A stretch of 64,000 nt of DNA from Mesotaenium endlicherianum (lineage: Eukaryota). This document shows positions 13,390-24,914 of the stretch, in pieces. Positions within the stretch are counted from its first letter, which is position 1. The number at the start of each line of letters is the position of its first letter. The notes under the pieces are model-generated. The model had not been told where the DNA came from. It saw nothing but the letters and a program-made list of their open reading frames with translations, and did no database searches. Both the position numbers and the translations under genes were made by a program. The stretch is from contig WELA01003597.1 of NCBI GenBank assembly GCA_009602735.1, positions 600,682 through 664,681 on the forward strand, in the 5' to 3' direction.

Positions 13390-15430
13390 TAGTGTATAGC
13401 CTTCCTGTCGTTAGTAGTCCCCTTTGCTATCTCTCTCCTCCCCACCCCCCCCCTCTTCCTCCTCTCCCTCTCATTGTCTACGATACGTTACAAGGCCGCT
13501 TTCAGTCACTCTCAAAATATATACATTATCTTACAAGGTCGCTCTCCTGGAAAAATGACCTTTCATGTCAAGCAGGTGTTGCAGCAATTTTGGTGCCCTG
13601 GTAATGGTTTTGATTGTGTCTGTACAAATGTAGAGCCTTGTTTTCAGCTGTGTGAAGCTTTGATGTTGAAATGAAATCAGAGGTTATTTTGTCTGCGAAT
13701 GACTGAGAAATGGTACATCCCTCTCGTGCGCTACATGATTGTTACTAGTTAAGTCAGACTGAAGAGGCTTTGTTTGGAAGCAAGGGTCATCCTGGTATGT
13801 TAAGCGCACTAGCTGGCTGTAGTGGAAAAGTGCTTACTTTCAGTCGTTTGGCAAAGAGTAGCAGCAAGGCATGGAAGTATTTTGATTGACCGGCCCTTCG
13901 TCGAGGAACGCAGGCAATCAAAGGCTGTAATTATCATGCACATTGCTAAGTTCATTCAGGAAAGTCAGTACTTGTGTACCATTATATAGTTTCCGCACCG
14001 TTGTAATACGCTTTCAAGGACTTGGAGATCATAGTGGCCAGCATGACTTGTAAGAACAAAATGAACGTGTCATTATTCCCGGGCGAGCAGCGTTGGCTGT
14101 CGTTGAACAGTTGATTTGAACATTAAAATGGATATTACCGCAAGTAGCAATACTAGGCATTATTTGTGTTTCATAGCCGGGCAAACACACCGCAGCTTCA
14201 AGGATGCTTATCCTGTCCATCTTTGATGGCACTTTTTTTTTACGCGTCATGAAAGCTGGAACTCCATTGTATCATTATTTTTCCTCCACATTGACATCCT
14301 ACCTGTATACTATCTGATCTAACAGCAACTTCAAAGCTACAAGCCAAAAGACCACTGACGTTTGGGGTGCATGCCTATTAGTGCACTGTCTTTACTTATG
14401 ATTTGAACTATCCAGAAATTTATCGTTTGCGGTATTGTTAACCGTGACCCCATTACATGCCTCGCATATTGCTTGTCTTAGTACGTTTCTGGTGTATGGC
14501 TTATGCACAGCATCAACGAAAAATGGAAAATGTGGTGTATGGAAGCGCATCACCACGAGCATGGGATAAATCTGACCTTCCTCTGAGCTACATGCTTGTT
14601 AAGCTAATACTTTACTTCAATCAGAATACCTACATGTCAAGGCAATAAGGGCAGACTCGTGGAGTTTGGGACAAGTCGGGCACTCTTAGGGACAATTCAA
14701 AGTTTGTAGTTGACTACTAATTTGTCTACGAATTTGACATTACTTTACTCTGGCTAACTGTCAACAGCTGTGCTTGACCGTGTGTAGGATCATGGAGTCC
14801 CTGGGACGCCAAAAAATTGGACTTTAAGCGTGAGGTCGATTGGTTGTCAAGCGGTTGAAAGCAAGTTGTCTCTTGTTGCATAACATATGCCATGGTTAAC
14901 ATGAGCAGAAACTTACTGAATGTAAAGAATGAGAAGTACTTCCTACATTGAAGGATCTTTCAATGAAGCAGGAGTGAATTTTAGATTTTCAACATATGAA
15001 TCTTGAATCTTCATATACAATCTTGAGGAAACTCCATTGAATGCGAAATGCAGGTTCAGGATGTGTCCTGACCTTTATACAGTATATGTTTGTGATTGAC
15101 TGGCTAGCCAGAAGAACTTGCTTAATCTCAATAGTAGATTAGTAACCTATATCAATGGTCCTGGTTGCAATCTTGTGGGCTTGTCATTGATCAGATAACT
15201 TTGAATATAAGATGCAATAAACTTGATGAAAGTCGTCAAATATTGTTGAAACTCACTACTATCTTCGTCCATGGTGCACTCTATCACTCACACTTAAACG
15301 AACTCTGACTCAAAATATATGATAGCACGAAAAGTACACAAGGTGCCCTACTCTTCACTTTTACTGAGTTAGTTTTTTGGGTTACATTTTTTGGTCTTAA
15401 ATAGCTCACTACACTGTCTGAACTCTATGC

Positions 15431-15490
15431 GCCACCCCGCCACCCCGCCACCCTCCCCGCCACCCCGCCACCTTGCCACCCCGCCACCCC
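15431..15490. repeat. GCCACCCC octamer microsatellite, followed by AACGTTCA repeats (15496-15535)
   Basis: Direct reading of the sequence. Confidence 0.9.
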
Positions 15491-15889
15491 TAACAAACGT
15501 TCACGATCGTTCATGAACGTTCACAAACGTTCACGACATCTTCGTTGTCGTGTGAAAGTGACAAAAAATTACTAACTTACCCAAACGACTACCAACAATC
15601 GACTAACTTACGAACCGAACTAACTAACGATAAACCAAGCAAGGCTATCAGCACCCTGGCGTGCGTCACTTCTCGACGCGACACCCACTCGCCTAGTCAC
15701 GACAAAGTAGAATTAGGAGTGTCGGTCTACGGACCATGTTCCAACAAATATTGCCTACAGCTGGTAGTGAGGATTAAGTGTGAACATGAAAGTAACCCAA
15801 ACTGTGACCTGTCTAGTCCGAGCTAGTGGGAACATAAAAGTAGCCAACTTATTCTAGACATGACTGAAAATTGGGTCACCTGTCGAGGT

Positions 15890-16410
15890 CAAACTTGGTC
15901 AGTCAACATCTCTGAGGCCGGCTTCATGATCGATCGTGACCTGATCGTGACACAGACCGATTGAGACACATTCAGACACTTCTTCCATGCAGATGATTTG
16001 CCCTTGGGCAATAAATGCATTGTTGCTCCACGATCACAACTCACTAAGCATCCATGTGAGTAAGGGTACCAAGTGACGACGACTTGGTTCCGACTACTTT
16101 GCTTCGTGAACGACACACTGCTGTCTAGATCTGGCTTTGGTGAACAGAACAACATAACTGTGGGTCGGGCGCATTGACATAATCACTTCAATGTTTGCTA
16201 CACACTCGTTGCCTACAATTACTGCAAAATATGGTGCGCTCTGCATGAAGCCACAGAATGTGCTTCTGGCGATGCCAGCGACTACGGTATATATCAGCTG
16301 TTTACCAAGAACCTCTACGTCTTCGAGGTAAACGTGACCCCTTTTTGGTGGCATTGTTGTGCTTTTCTTTGGGAGGTATATTGAGCACAATGGCATTTTT
16401 CCCATCATGC
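15890..16410 (-). pseudogene. Possible highly decayed hAT (ZNF862/DUF4371-like) transposase relic
   Basis: QSAPYFAVIVGNECVANIEV resembles the 'S.FFSI.VDESTD..N.EQ' first-catalytic-Asp region; many stops. Confidence 0.3.
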
Positions 16411-16943
16411 AAGCACGTAATTGACCCTATAGCACGTATAAGAAAGCAAATATTTATGCTTTGGACTTGGAGGAGCGAGTACGTGCATCAAACAAACTGC
16501 TATAGCCCGAGACCACCGTTGATATAGATGGATGACTCGTCGATACACTGTCTTTGACATGCTGAAGCTGACCAACCACAACGTGGAGCAGTATGTTCCA
16601 ATACTCAGCTTCAGCTGACATGCCTTTTAAGGTTCCAACACAGCTTCTGTATGTCAATACTCCCAAATTCTGGGATATCTGTGGTGAAGAGAACGGGTGG
16701 CAAGCCCAACAAGAGACATCTGGCAGCATGAACTATATTAGAAGGATAATTACAATCATGGTTTCCATTGATCTATCAAGCACGATAAAATTTATCTAAG
16801 GAAGCACTAAAATATCTAGAAGAAGTGGCTTGCGTTTTAAACGTGAAGGTAGGAGAACATGCAAAGAAGTGAAGGGCTTATATAAAGCAACAGTAACTTG
16901 CTGATGTCTGATGGCTAACATGTTACAAATATGCGTTTGACAG

Positions 16944-19080
16944 GCTGAGCAAGACGTAGCCCAACATGCACCAGAGTCTTCCTGGACTCCAGTTAAAAGC
17001 GATCCCTCATCAAAGCTTGATCAGGAAGCCACGGCTAGGAAAGAGTTGGAGGTGCGGGTTCACACAGTGAGTCGTAACAGAATTTTCCCTCGCTAATGCA
17101 ACAACAACCAGTTAGTATGTCCACCTTGCACATGTCAGCATGTCCAGCTGCAGGGAGAGAACATTTTAGAAAATCATGCCAGTTCTTGCTTGCTGTAATC
17201 ATAACAGCTTTTGTGATAGGGACTTATGGTATTTTCTTCCTTGGGGGAGTCTTTGAGGTGAAAAAGCCTAAAAAGGGACATGTGGCGGCGTGTGTCTTGT
17301 GCGGAAATTTTACAGCGTGAACAGGAAATAATGTATGAAACCCGTGTAGCAGAGCTGGAGGAGCGGTTGAGGGCGTCAGAGGACCGGCTGAGGGCATCCC
17401 AGCAAGCCCAGGTGGCTCAGCTAGAGGCCTCCTTGGCGTATGCCCGGTTGCCAACGTTTCAAGTACATATTTTTCCTTTGCACCGAGAGTATCACGCCTC
17501 AAATTTGGTACAGCTAGGGGTACAAACTGCTAGAAGCATGGGGTAATGTATGAATGATAAATTAAGCAAATGAACTGCTATGTACGTGGTTTTCACTGTA
17601 CGTGTCATGTTAAGCCCAAACTATTTCAGTAGCAATCATTTATTCCGGGGCAACATAGCAAGTCAGCAAGCAGGGGGATATTGCGATGCTAGTATCCTTT
17701 TGACTCTTTGTCCTGACTGTCATTTTTAACCTCATTGAATTGTTCCTTTGCAGCTGCAGGAGCGTCTTGAGGCTCTCTCCTCAGACATGTGTGCCTTGAA
17801 GACACACGTGGCTGGCCTTGTAGAGGGCCAGTTGGCAGCATGTTCCTCTTGCGCCTCTTCTCAGCGAGCCGGGGAGGAACACGCCAATCAACTTTTGCAA
17901 AAAGAGGAGGTGAAGGAGCTGCAGTGTGCGGCAAGGGAGGCCCAGGAGGCCTTTGAGGAGCAGCTTCGTGTTGCACATACCGGCTCTCAACACCAAGTGA
18001 TGCAGATGGTGGCAAGTGATGCAGATGGTGGCTTTGTGCCTGCTGGCAAGGCTTGAGCTATTGAGCCTGTAATGGCCGCCTGCTAATGTGAATGTACAAC
18101 GCCTCGGGGCTGCTCACCGCTTCTTCCTGTCATGATGCATGACGTTGTAGGAGTCAGCCGAATCAATAAAAGAAATGGAGCAGCACAAAACACGTGTGGA
18201 GGAGCTGGAAAAGCAGCTGAGGGCGTCTGAGGAGCAAAGGCAGGCCCAGCAGGCCCGGACGGCTTCCTTGGAGGAAAAGGTGGAGCAAGAGTATAAAGCC
18301 CGCATAGCGAAGCTGGAGGGGAAGCTGAGGGTGGCTGCGATGCTCGGAAGACTCCCTTGGCCCGTGCCCAGCAGGCAGCCTCCCAGGTGTGCTTGCCTCC
18401 ATGTTGATGTTGTCTGTTGATTCCCCCGGATGATTCAGGAGCATCTAGCCACTTCATTTGCTATGCTGAGCCCATCTAAGCTTCCAATTATATGTATCTA
18501 CTTTGCATGTGTTTCACGCGTCTTTTACCTGTGAATTTGCAAGATTCAGGTGCTTAGTGTGTTTAATACTTGACGTAGTGAAAACTCAAGTCAGCTCCTT
18601 CCTCTGACTGACACATCAATGCAAGTGGTGTTCTCTTTGCAACTCCGAGTTGAGAGGGAGGAACACGGCAAAACACAAGGTTGGGTGGAGGAGCTATTGA
18701 GGGCCGCACAAGACGACAAGGAGAGATTTGAGTTCCAGATTCTGCAAAAAGAGGAGGAGATGGAGGAGCTACAGGAGGCTGCAACAAACAACCAAAAAAG
18801 TTTGGTAACAAAGAAACATGATGTATGTACTCACATACCTGCCTTCATGTCAGTGCCTTTTTGTAAAGAACCAAAAGTGCATGAACTTTGATGTACAAAC
18901 TGATTGACTCAGAGTTGTGGTGATTGTTCTGGTGCTCATGGTGACGTTATGACAGAAGATACCGGAATTGGATAAGACATGTACAGCCCGCATGGTTGGT
19001 TTGGAGAAGAAAATGAGGGCATTGGAGAAGGAGGGGCATATCCAACAGGATCGGGCGGCTCAGGTGGAGGCCTCCTGAGG
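16944..19080 (+). pseudogene. Paralog of gene A (gene B), multi-exon coiled-coil/CxxC, partly degenerate
   Basis: First exon ...DQEATARKELEVRVHT|GTGAGT vs gene A ...NHEAKAMKELEVKMHK|GTGAGT; LQERLEALSSDMCALKTHV...LAACSSC vs LQDYVAAFTSETCEVKKQV...VAACASC. Confidence 0.55.
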
Positions 19081-19217
19081 TATAACTTGGCCCTCTTCTA
19101 GGTCCTCCGGTATCCAGCTACAGCGCCTGTACTGATGCGATGTAGAGTGCGGAGGATACTTTATTGAACCAAGAGTTCCCAATGCTGAGGAACAACCAAG
19201 CTGTTGGTGCTCCCCTT

Positions 19218-19246
19218 CACCCTGAAAATGGGCAAGGGGCGAAACT
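19218..19246 (+). repeat. Left TIR of the EnSpm-like element
   Basis: 25/29 inverted match to 61553-61581; all mismatches are transitions. Confidence 0.8.
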
Positions 19247-20029
19247 CAAAAAAGGGGTTTGTTTTTGGCGAGGGCTAGCGCAATTTTAACCCAAACGGAG
19301 GTTGGAAATGACTGACCACATGTCCTGCACCCCGCTGGAAAATCAGCCCAGGTTATAATTGCTTGTTTTTCCATTCATCCATAGGATTGTTTTCTTGCCC
19401 ACTTAGTGACGTCTGTATACCCTTGTTTTAGGTTGTGCATTCCACCCCCGCTCCTGGGATGGAATACAGCGTTTTCTCCGCTTACAATTTTTCTTCTTCA
19501 TCATGCATATTTAGTACACCATATCAGTGGAGTTATTCCTTGCCTCTTGTTGTGTTCGTTTCTCAACTCCTCCCAGGTGTGCACAATCCTTCTCTTTTTG
19601 GACACATTTCCCTTCGAAATTCTGGGATGAATTTATCTTCAAATGCTTACCAACAATTTAAGCCTCCAACACCTTCGAAATGCCAGTAACAAACTGCATA
19701 ATTAACATTAAATGCGATCCATATTCACGCAATGAAAAATATTGTACATTTTCATTTGTATCCACAATTGTACAAGTACTACTGAACTATCAAGCATTAC
19801 TTTTACCACTAAATTAAGCCCAACAGGCTACCTACTTCACCTAATAAGCAGGACACGTGCTGCAGTGTCTAACCGTGGGACATAGGCTAGTATCTCTCAT
19901 CGCTGTCACACATATATATTACGCCAGAACCTAGTCAAGGTGTCCTCTTACCTCACATCATGCATTCTAGAACTACAAGTAAGGCACATGGCCCCTGTTC
20001 ACAAGCACCCAGAGGAACTACTATCGCTT

Positions 20030-23000
20030 AGTCACTTCTTGTGTCGCTTCTGTACTGGAAGTGAGGGCAAGGCCCTCCCCAACGATGCCGAGAAACTTCC
20101 TCTGCTTCCTCGACCCCCCCTCTGCGCCTTTCTCTTGCCTGCACACAACCACTTCATTATCAGTGCTGCGCACTTGCACTGTGGTGGTATTCAGTATTCA
20201 CCACATACTGCTCTTCATGGGCAAGGCAAGGAAACTCATTATTCCGATTCCGACACGCTGGGTGTTATAGGTGTCTTTAGTGGTGTGCGTGCATGTGTCT
20301 GTTACTCCGTGTACGCGCGATGCATAAGGGGGTATGTTTGATGCAACATTGTCATACATACACCCCCCATTCATTGACCAGCAGCAAGGCAACAAAAGCA
20401 TTCTGATTGGTGTGTGACACAACACCAAAACCCTGCTGTGTTTGCCCATGCATGACAATTTTCACATGCACCTTTAAGTTCACAATAAGGCAACTATGAC
20501 AGTACAAACTCTTGAGAGTAAACACGTGCATCCAACAATAGCCTGAACGGTTTGCACATACCTCTATTCATGGAATACTCTGGAGACATTGGCTGGTCAT
20601 CTTTGTCGTCACATCCAGATGAAGCTCCCTCGTTGCTCTCTTCTGATGGCGCTGACTCGCTACTTGAGTCGTTCTCGTCATCATTGTTCTCAACAAGCGT
20701 CTGCTCTGCCGCTGCCACCTTGACTTTTTGCAACCTCAATCGTTTCCAAGCCAAGTTAGCACTAATCTGCTTCCATTAGTGACACTCAAGCAACACGTGC
20801 TACATACTTTCACCCTTGCAACTTCCTCGCACTTACAATTGCATTGCGAGTCACTTGCTCCTTTCATCCACATCACACTGCGTTTTACAATGAACATATA
20901 TGGCATATAGGCAATACTTCCTCACAGGTATGCACGTGCATCACTTATCTAAGCTTCACCAGGTACTCATGTCACACCATCACTTTATGCATGCATACGA
21001 ACTCTCAAATACACATCTCACCTTCTTCTTGCACTTCTCCATCAGATAAGCCTTCACGCTCTCGTGGAAAGTTGTATGCTTTGGCTTGTAGTCTGCCACG
21101 TCGGGCCACTTTGCTTGCCACGGGTTGTGCTTCTTGAGCAATGACTCCACAATCCACTCCGCTGACTCATCTGTGAGGCCACCAGCGGCCTCGTCTTCCC
21201 ACTCAACCAACCCCTTTGCCAGCCCCCGCAACATGTGCTTGCTCAGCAGGCGAGTCATTTCTGACCTTGAGTCCTTCCAAATTTTGTTCAGTCGCTGCAG
21301 CCACACACCCACCATTGAACAATATTAGGAAGCATGTTCTACCAGCCACTCATTGCAAGCAGATTAACTACAAACTTGTGAGGCACATATAAGTGCAATG
21401 TTATCCTGTTGCTCTAGCTGTCCGCATTACAACGTGCATTACAAAGAAGTGGGATGTTCTTACCTTCAATAAGTCAGCCAGAAGTGCCTTCCCAGAGCGT
21501 AGAATTCTTTGTTGCGCTTGATGTAGACCACCATGTTATTTGCCTTCGCTGGGGGCTTTGTGTAACCCCTGAGCACTTTCTATGTTATATGGTCTCGGAG
21601 GCGAAGCAGGACCTTGAGAACCATTTTCTACCTGCTTCACTGCTTGCACCTCATCGATCATCAAAAAGTGAGGTTGAACTTACGCAACGCGTTCCACACC
21701 TCCTTCACGGCTTTAGTCTGCAACATGTCCTCAACATATCACTCCTCCCACAATTAAGTCATACACACCCCATGCGTGTCACAATCACTTATTCATTCAC
21801 CTATTGCAACACTGAACATGCAGTCAGCTGCAATAATTGCCCTGTTTAAAAAATAGCATGTTATTTCTGCCTCATGCACTTTCTTTCATCGTCGACACAG
21901 TGTAGGCTATCTGCAGCAGGCCCCATAGCCGGCCCCATAGCCAGGTGATACAGACACACAACATCCCCATTCACCACCTGCGAATATGGCAGCTTGCAGT
22001 TGCAGTTTGCATAATGAAGCTTCTACTTCACTCCACATTTGTTTATACAAAATACTATATATTCACAGCTGAATTTATTGCAATGACAGCCGATAAGGTT
22101 AATTTTAATTTGCATGCATGCAGGAGACAGTGGAAATTGTAACACACAATTTATTGTCAGTGCCACACCGAAACATGCACATCAAATAATAAATAAATGT
22201 TCTCATGCAGGTAGTACTTCACTCACCCGCTTGTCCTCCTCCTTCTCAACCTTGGGCTTCTTCTGATTGCCTCTGGTTGATTGTTCCACCAGCAAACTGA
22301 CGCTCTGAGCCAGATTTTTCAGCACGGGTAGAACCTCTCCAAGCAAGATAGATGTAGTTATGTTGCTCCTTGCCTCCATGGTCATATTCTGCTCCCCAGT
22401 ATCATCTCTCAATGCAAGTTGCGCTTGTTCGCCTCCAGCCTTACCTGTGACTATTACATCCTGAGAAGCATCGGTGATTTCAGCGTTTGATACTCGCTCC
22501 CCAGTTACTTGTGACAGAATCCCTTGCACATTATCTCTCTCTTCCTCTCGATTGGATAACTTGCCATCATGACCACACGATGCATCCTTTCCATCATCAA
22601 CATCAGTTCTAAGACCCTCTAGGGTATACCTGGTGTTCCTCCCAGGGAATGTTTTTCCACCCTCAGGGGCAGCATAATCTGGGTCACTTCCCGACATTTT
22701 CTCATTGTCATTATTGGGAGTCTCCCTCACACTCCCACTTCCTCCTGCTCCATTGCAAGTATTTGAACTGCAAACTCTGTGTGCCTCTCCACTCCCATCT
22801 AAGTGGTTTTCTAAGTTTTGTGGGTTTCCCTCATCCAACTCGGAAATGTTTTTCTGTTTATTTTTCCCGCCAATTGCAAGCAATATTTGTTTGTTTTTTA
22901 TTGCACCTAATGGTTTCTTTGAGGGTTGAAAGTGCCTATCTCCCAAAGCAACACCTTTAATGAGATTGTTGCAATTGTCTTTACTCTTCCGTGGCATCCT

Positions 23001-23090
23001 GCCATTACCACCTTCATTGCCGGTGTTAATGGTGCTAGCCATGAATGGCAAATTCAAAGAAGCCATGGCTACAATTAAGCTCGCGACCAC
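20030..23090 (-). pseudogene. Multi-exon gene of unknown function inside the EnSpm element (disordered N-terminal exon, W-rich helical exon, acidic and basic tail); partly degenerate
   Basis: Co-oriented open segments 23090-22203 (295 codons), ~21720-21480 (with stops), 21315-20980, 20754-20555 and ~20160-20030, separated by intron-like sequence. Confidence 0.45.
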
Positions 23091-23093
23091 TGC

Positions 23094-23596
23094 TGTAGTG
23101 ATTTGAGTTATTATATATTAGTTTGCATATATTTTAATGTTTTCAAATATATTTGGAGTAGTATTGTGTGGAGTCAAGTTTGAATAGGTACTCTAGTAAC
23201 TTGGTTCATGTCCTTTGAACCTTCCAAGGCATTTTCGAAGTTAGAGGAAAGACCTAGAAGAACTCCATGTGGCAAAAGTCAAATGTGCCATTTTTAGGTC
23301 AAAAGGACATGTGTACATTATTCTAGAAAGAGGTGGCAAGTTTTGGGATGTGTTGGGTGCCAACACATCAACATACACTTTCCTAGAAATTACTTATGTA
23401 GCAAGTATATAAACAAGAGCTAGAACATAGAAAGACATTCCAGAATCACTCTTGTACTTGCCAAAATCCAGAAATATATTAACTTTCAAGAAGCCATCTC
23501 TCTTTCAAGAAGCTACCACTTGTGTTCAAAGATCCTTGTCTTGAATAGATAAAGTATTCTGTTTTACTAAGTACTTTATCTATCTGTTTCACTACA
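23094..23596 (+). repeat. 5' LTR (503 bp)
   Basis: 8-bp terminal inverted repeat; about 6 mismatches to 29271-29773 by eye. Confidence 0.97.
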
Positions 23597-23597
23597 G

Positions 23598-23609
23598 TGG
23601 TATCGGAGC
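23598..23609 (+). promoter_or_regulatory. Primer-binding site TGGTATCGGAGC (initiator-Met tRNA type, variant)
   Basis: 1 nt after the LTR end; differs from the common plant TGGTATCAGAGC at one base. Confidence 0.9.
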
Positions 23610-23633
23610 TAGGCACTTTGGTAGCACAAGAAG

Positions 23634-24914
23634 ATGGCCGATCCTCAAGACCAACAGCAAGCTTTCGAAGGAAGCCCTTCCTCTCCAAGACACCCTCCTC
23701 CAGCGCCGATGGGAGAGCCCACTCAAGAAAATCTGCAACAACAAGAAGCACCACAAGGAGGAGCACACCCTCCTCCAGCGTCGATGGGAGAGCCTACTCA
23801 AGGAAATCTCCAACAACAAGAAGCACCACAAGGAGGAGCACCGTCAAATCCCGTGGCAGCCGCTATAGCAAAGTTGACCCCACCACAAGGAGTTCCCGCA
23901 AATGAGTGGGCAGCCTTCCTAATGACCGTCCACAACCAAGTGGGCTTGGCCACCTATGAAGCAACCGTGCAAGCGTCAAGAGAAGCTATGGCTGCCATGG
24001 TTGCCCCTATTGCGAGCAATGCTCAAAATCCAGCCCCGGCTCAAGCGCCTCCACAAGAGCCAACGAGAGCAAGGAAACTCATCAAGCCCGGCAAACCCGA
24101 CACTTTCAACCCCGGGAAAGGTGCCAACCTGAATTTATGGCTCTACCAAGTGGAGACGTACCTCGCATTCCTTGAAGTACCCGAGGAGGACTACGTTCCC
24201 TTTGCCGTTACCTTACTTAGAGGAGCAGCAACATCATGGTGGCGTAACTATCAAGCGGCTATATATCAAGCTATGGCGCACCCCATGCTCGGCCAAGAGC
24301 CCCCACCATCATATGCAAGATGGGCAGATTTTCGTGAGGCCCTCAAGAAGCAATTCATGCCCATCAATGCGGAGAAGATTGCCCGAGGAAAGCTCCACCA
24401 TCTCAAGCAAACGACGTCCGTTCAAGAGTATACATCCAGATTTCACGCCCTCACTCTTGAGATCCCCAACATGTCTCTCGAGGAGAAGATTGACCGCTAC
24501 ATCTTTGGCCTCAAACCCAAGGTGGCAAAGGAAGTGGAGTTACGCGACTTGACGGACTTCTCAAAGATCATTGAAGTGGCCCAAAAGGTGGATACCTTGG
24601 ATTTCAAGCACTCCGTGCCTTCATCTTCACGGGTACCGACGACGCGGGTGTACGCAGCCCCTTCCACATCCGAATCTGGACCCACACCCATGGAAATCGG
24701 AGTTATTAAAAGGGACCCCGCGGCTGCCCGGAAGAGTGGAAGACCCTCCAATGACACTTATGATGCAAGAAACCAGCAAGGAGTGAAAGCAAGACTCTCC
24801 CCGGCTGAAAAAGAAGCTCTCATGACGGCTGGACTATGCTTCTATTGCAAGGAAAAGGGCCATCGTGCACTTTCATGCCCCAAAAAGTTGTCAAAAAACG
24901 GACAGCGCCGGTAG
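23634..24914 (+). CDS. gag: Gag (retrotransposon capsid plus CCHC zinc knuckle), 426 aa
   Basis: [34 protein letters not shown] and [15 protein letters not shown]-terminal 25-aa tandem duplication. Confidence 0.96.
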   Translation: MADPQDQQQAFEGSPSSPRHPPPAPMGEPTQENLQQQEAPQGGAHPPPASMGEPTQGNLQQQEAPQGGAPSNPVAAAIAKLTPPQGVPANEWAAFLMTVHNQVGLATYEATVQASREAMAAMVAPIASNAQNPAPAQAPPQEPTRARKLIKPGKPDTFNPGKGANLNLWLYQVETYLAFLEVPEEDYVPFAVTLLRGAATSWWRNYQAAIYQAMAHPMLGQEPPPSYARWADFREALKKQFMPINAEKIARGKLHHLKQTTSVQEYTSRFHALTLEIPNMSLEEKIDRYIFGLKPKVAKEVELRDLTDFSKIIEVAQKVDTLDFKHSVPSSSRVPTTRVYAAPSTSESGPTPMEIGVIKRDPAAARKSGRPSNDTYDARNQQGVKARLSPAEKEALMTAGLCFYCKEKGHRALSCPKKLSKNGQRR

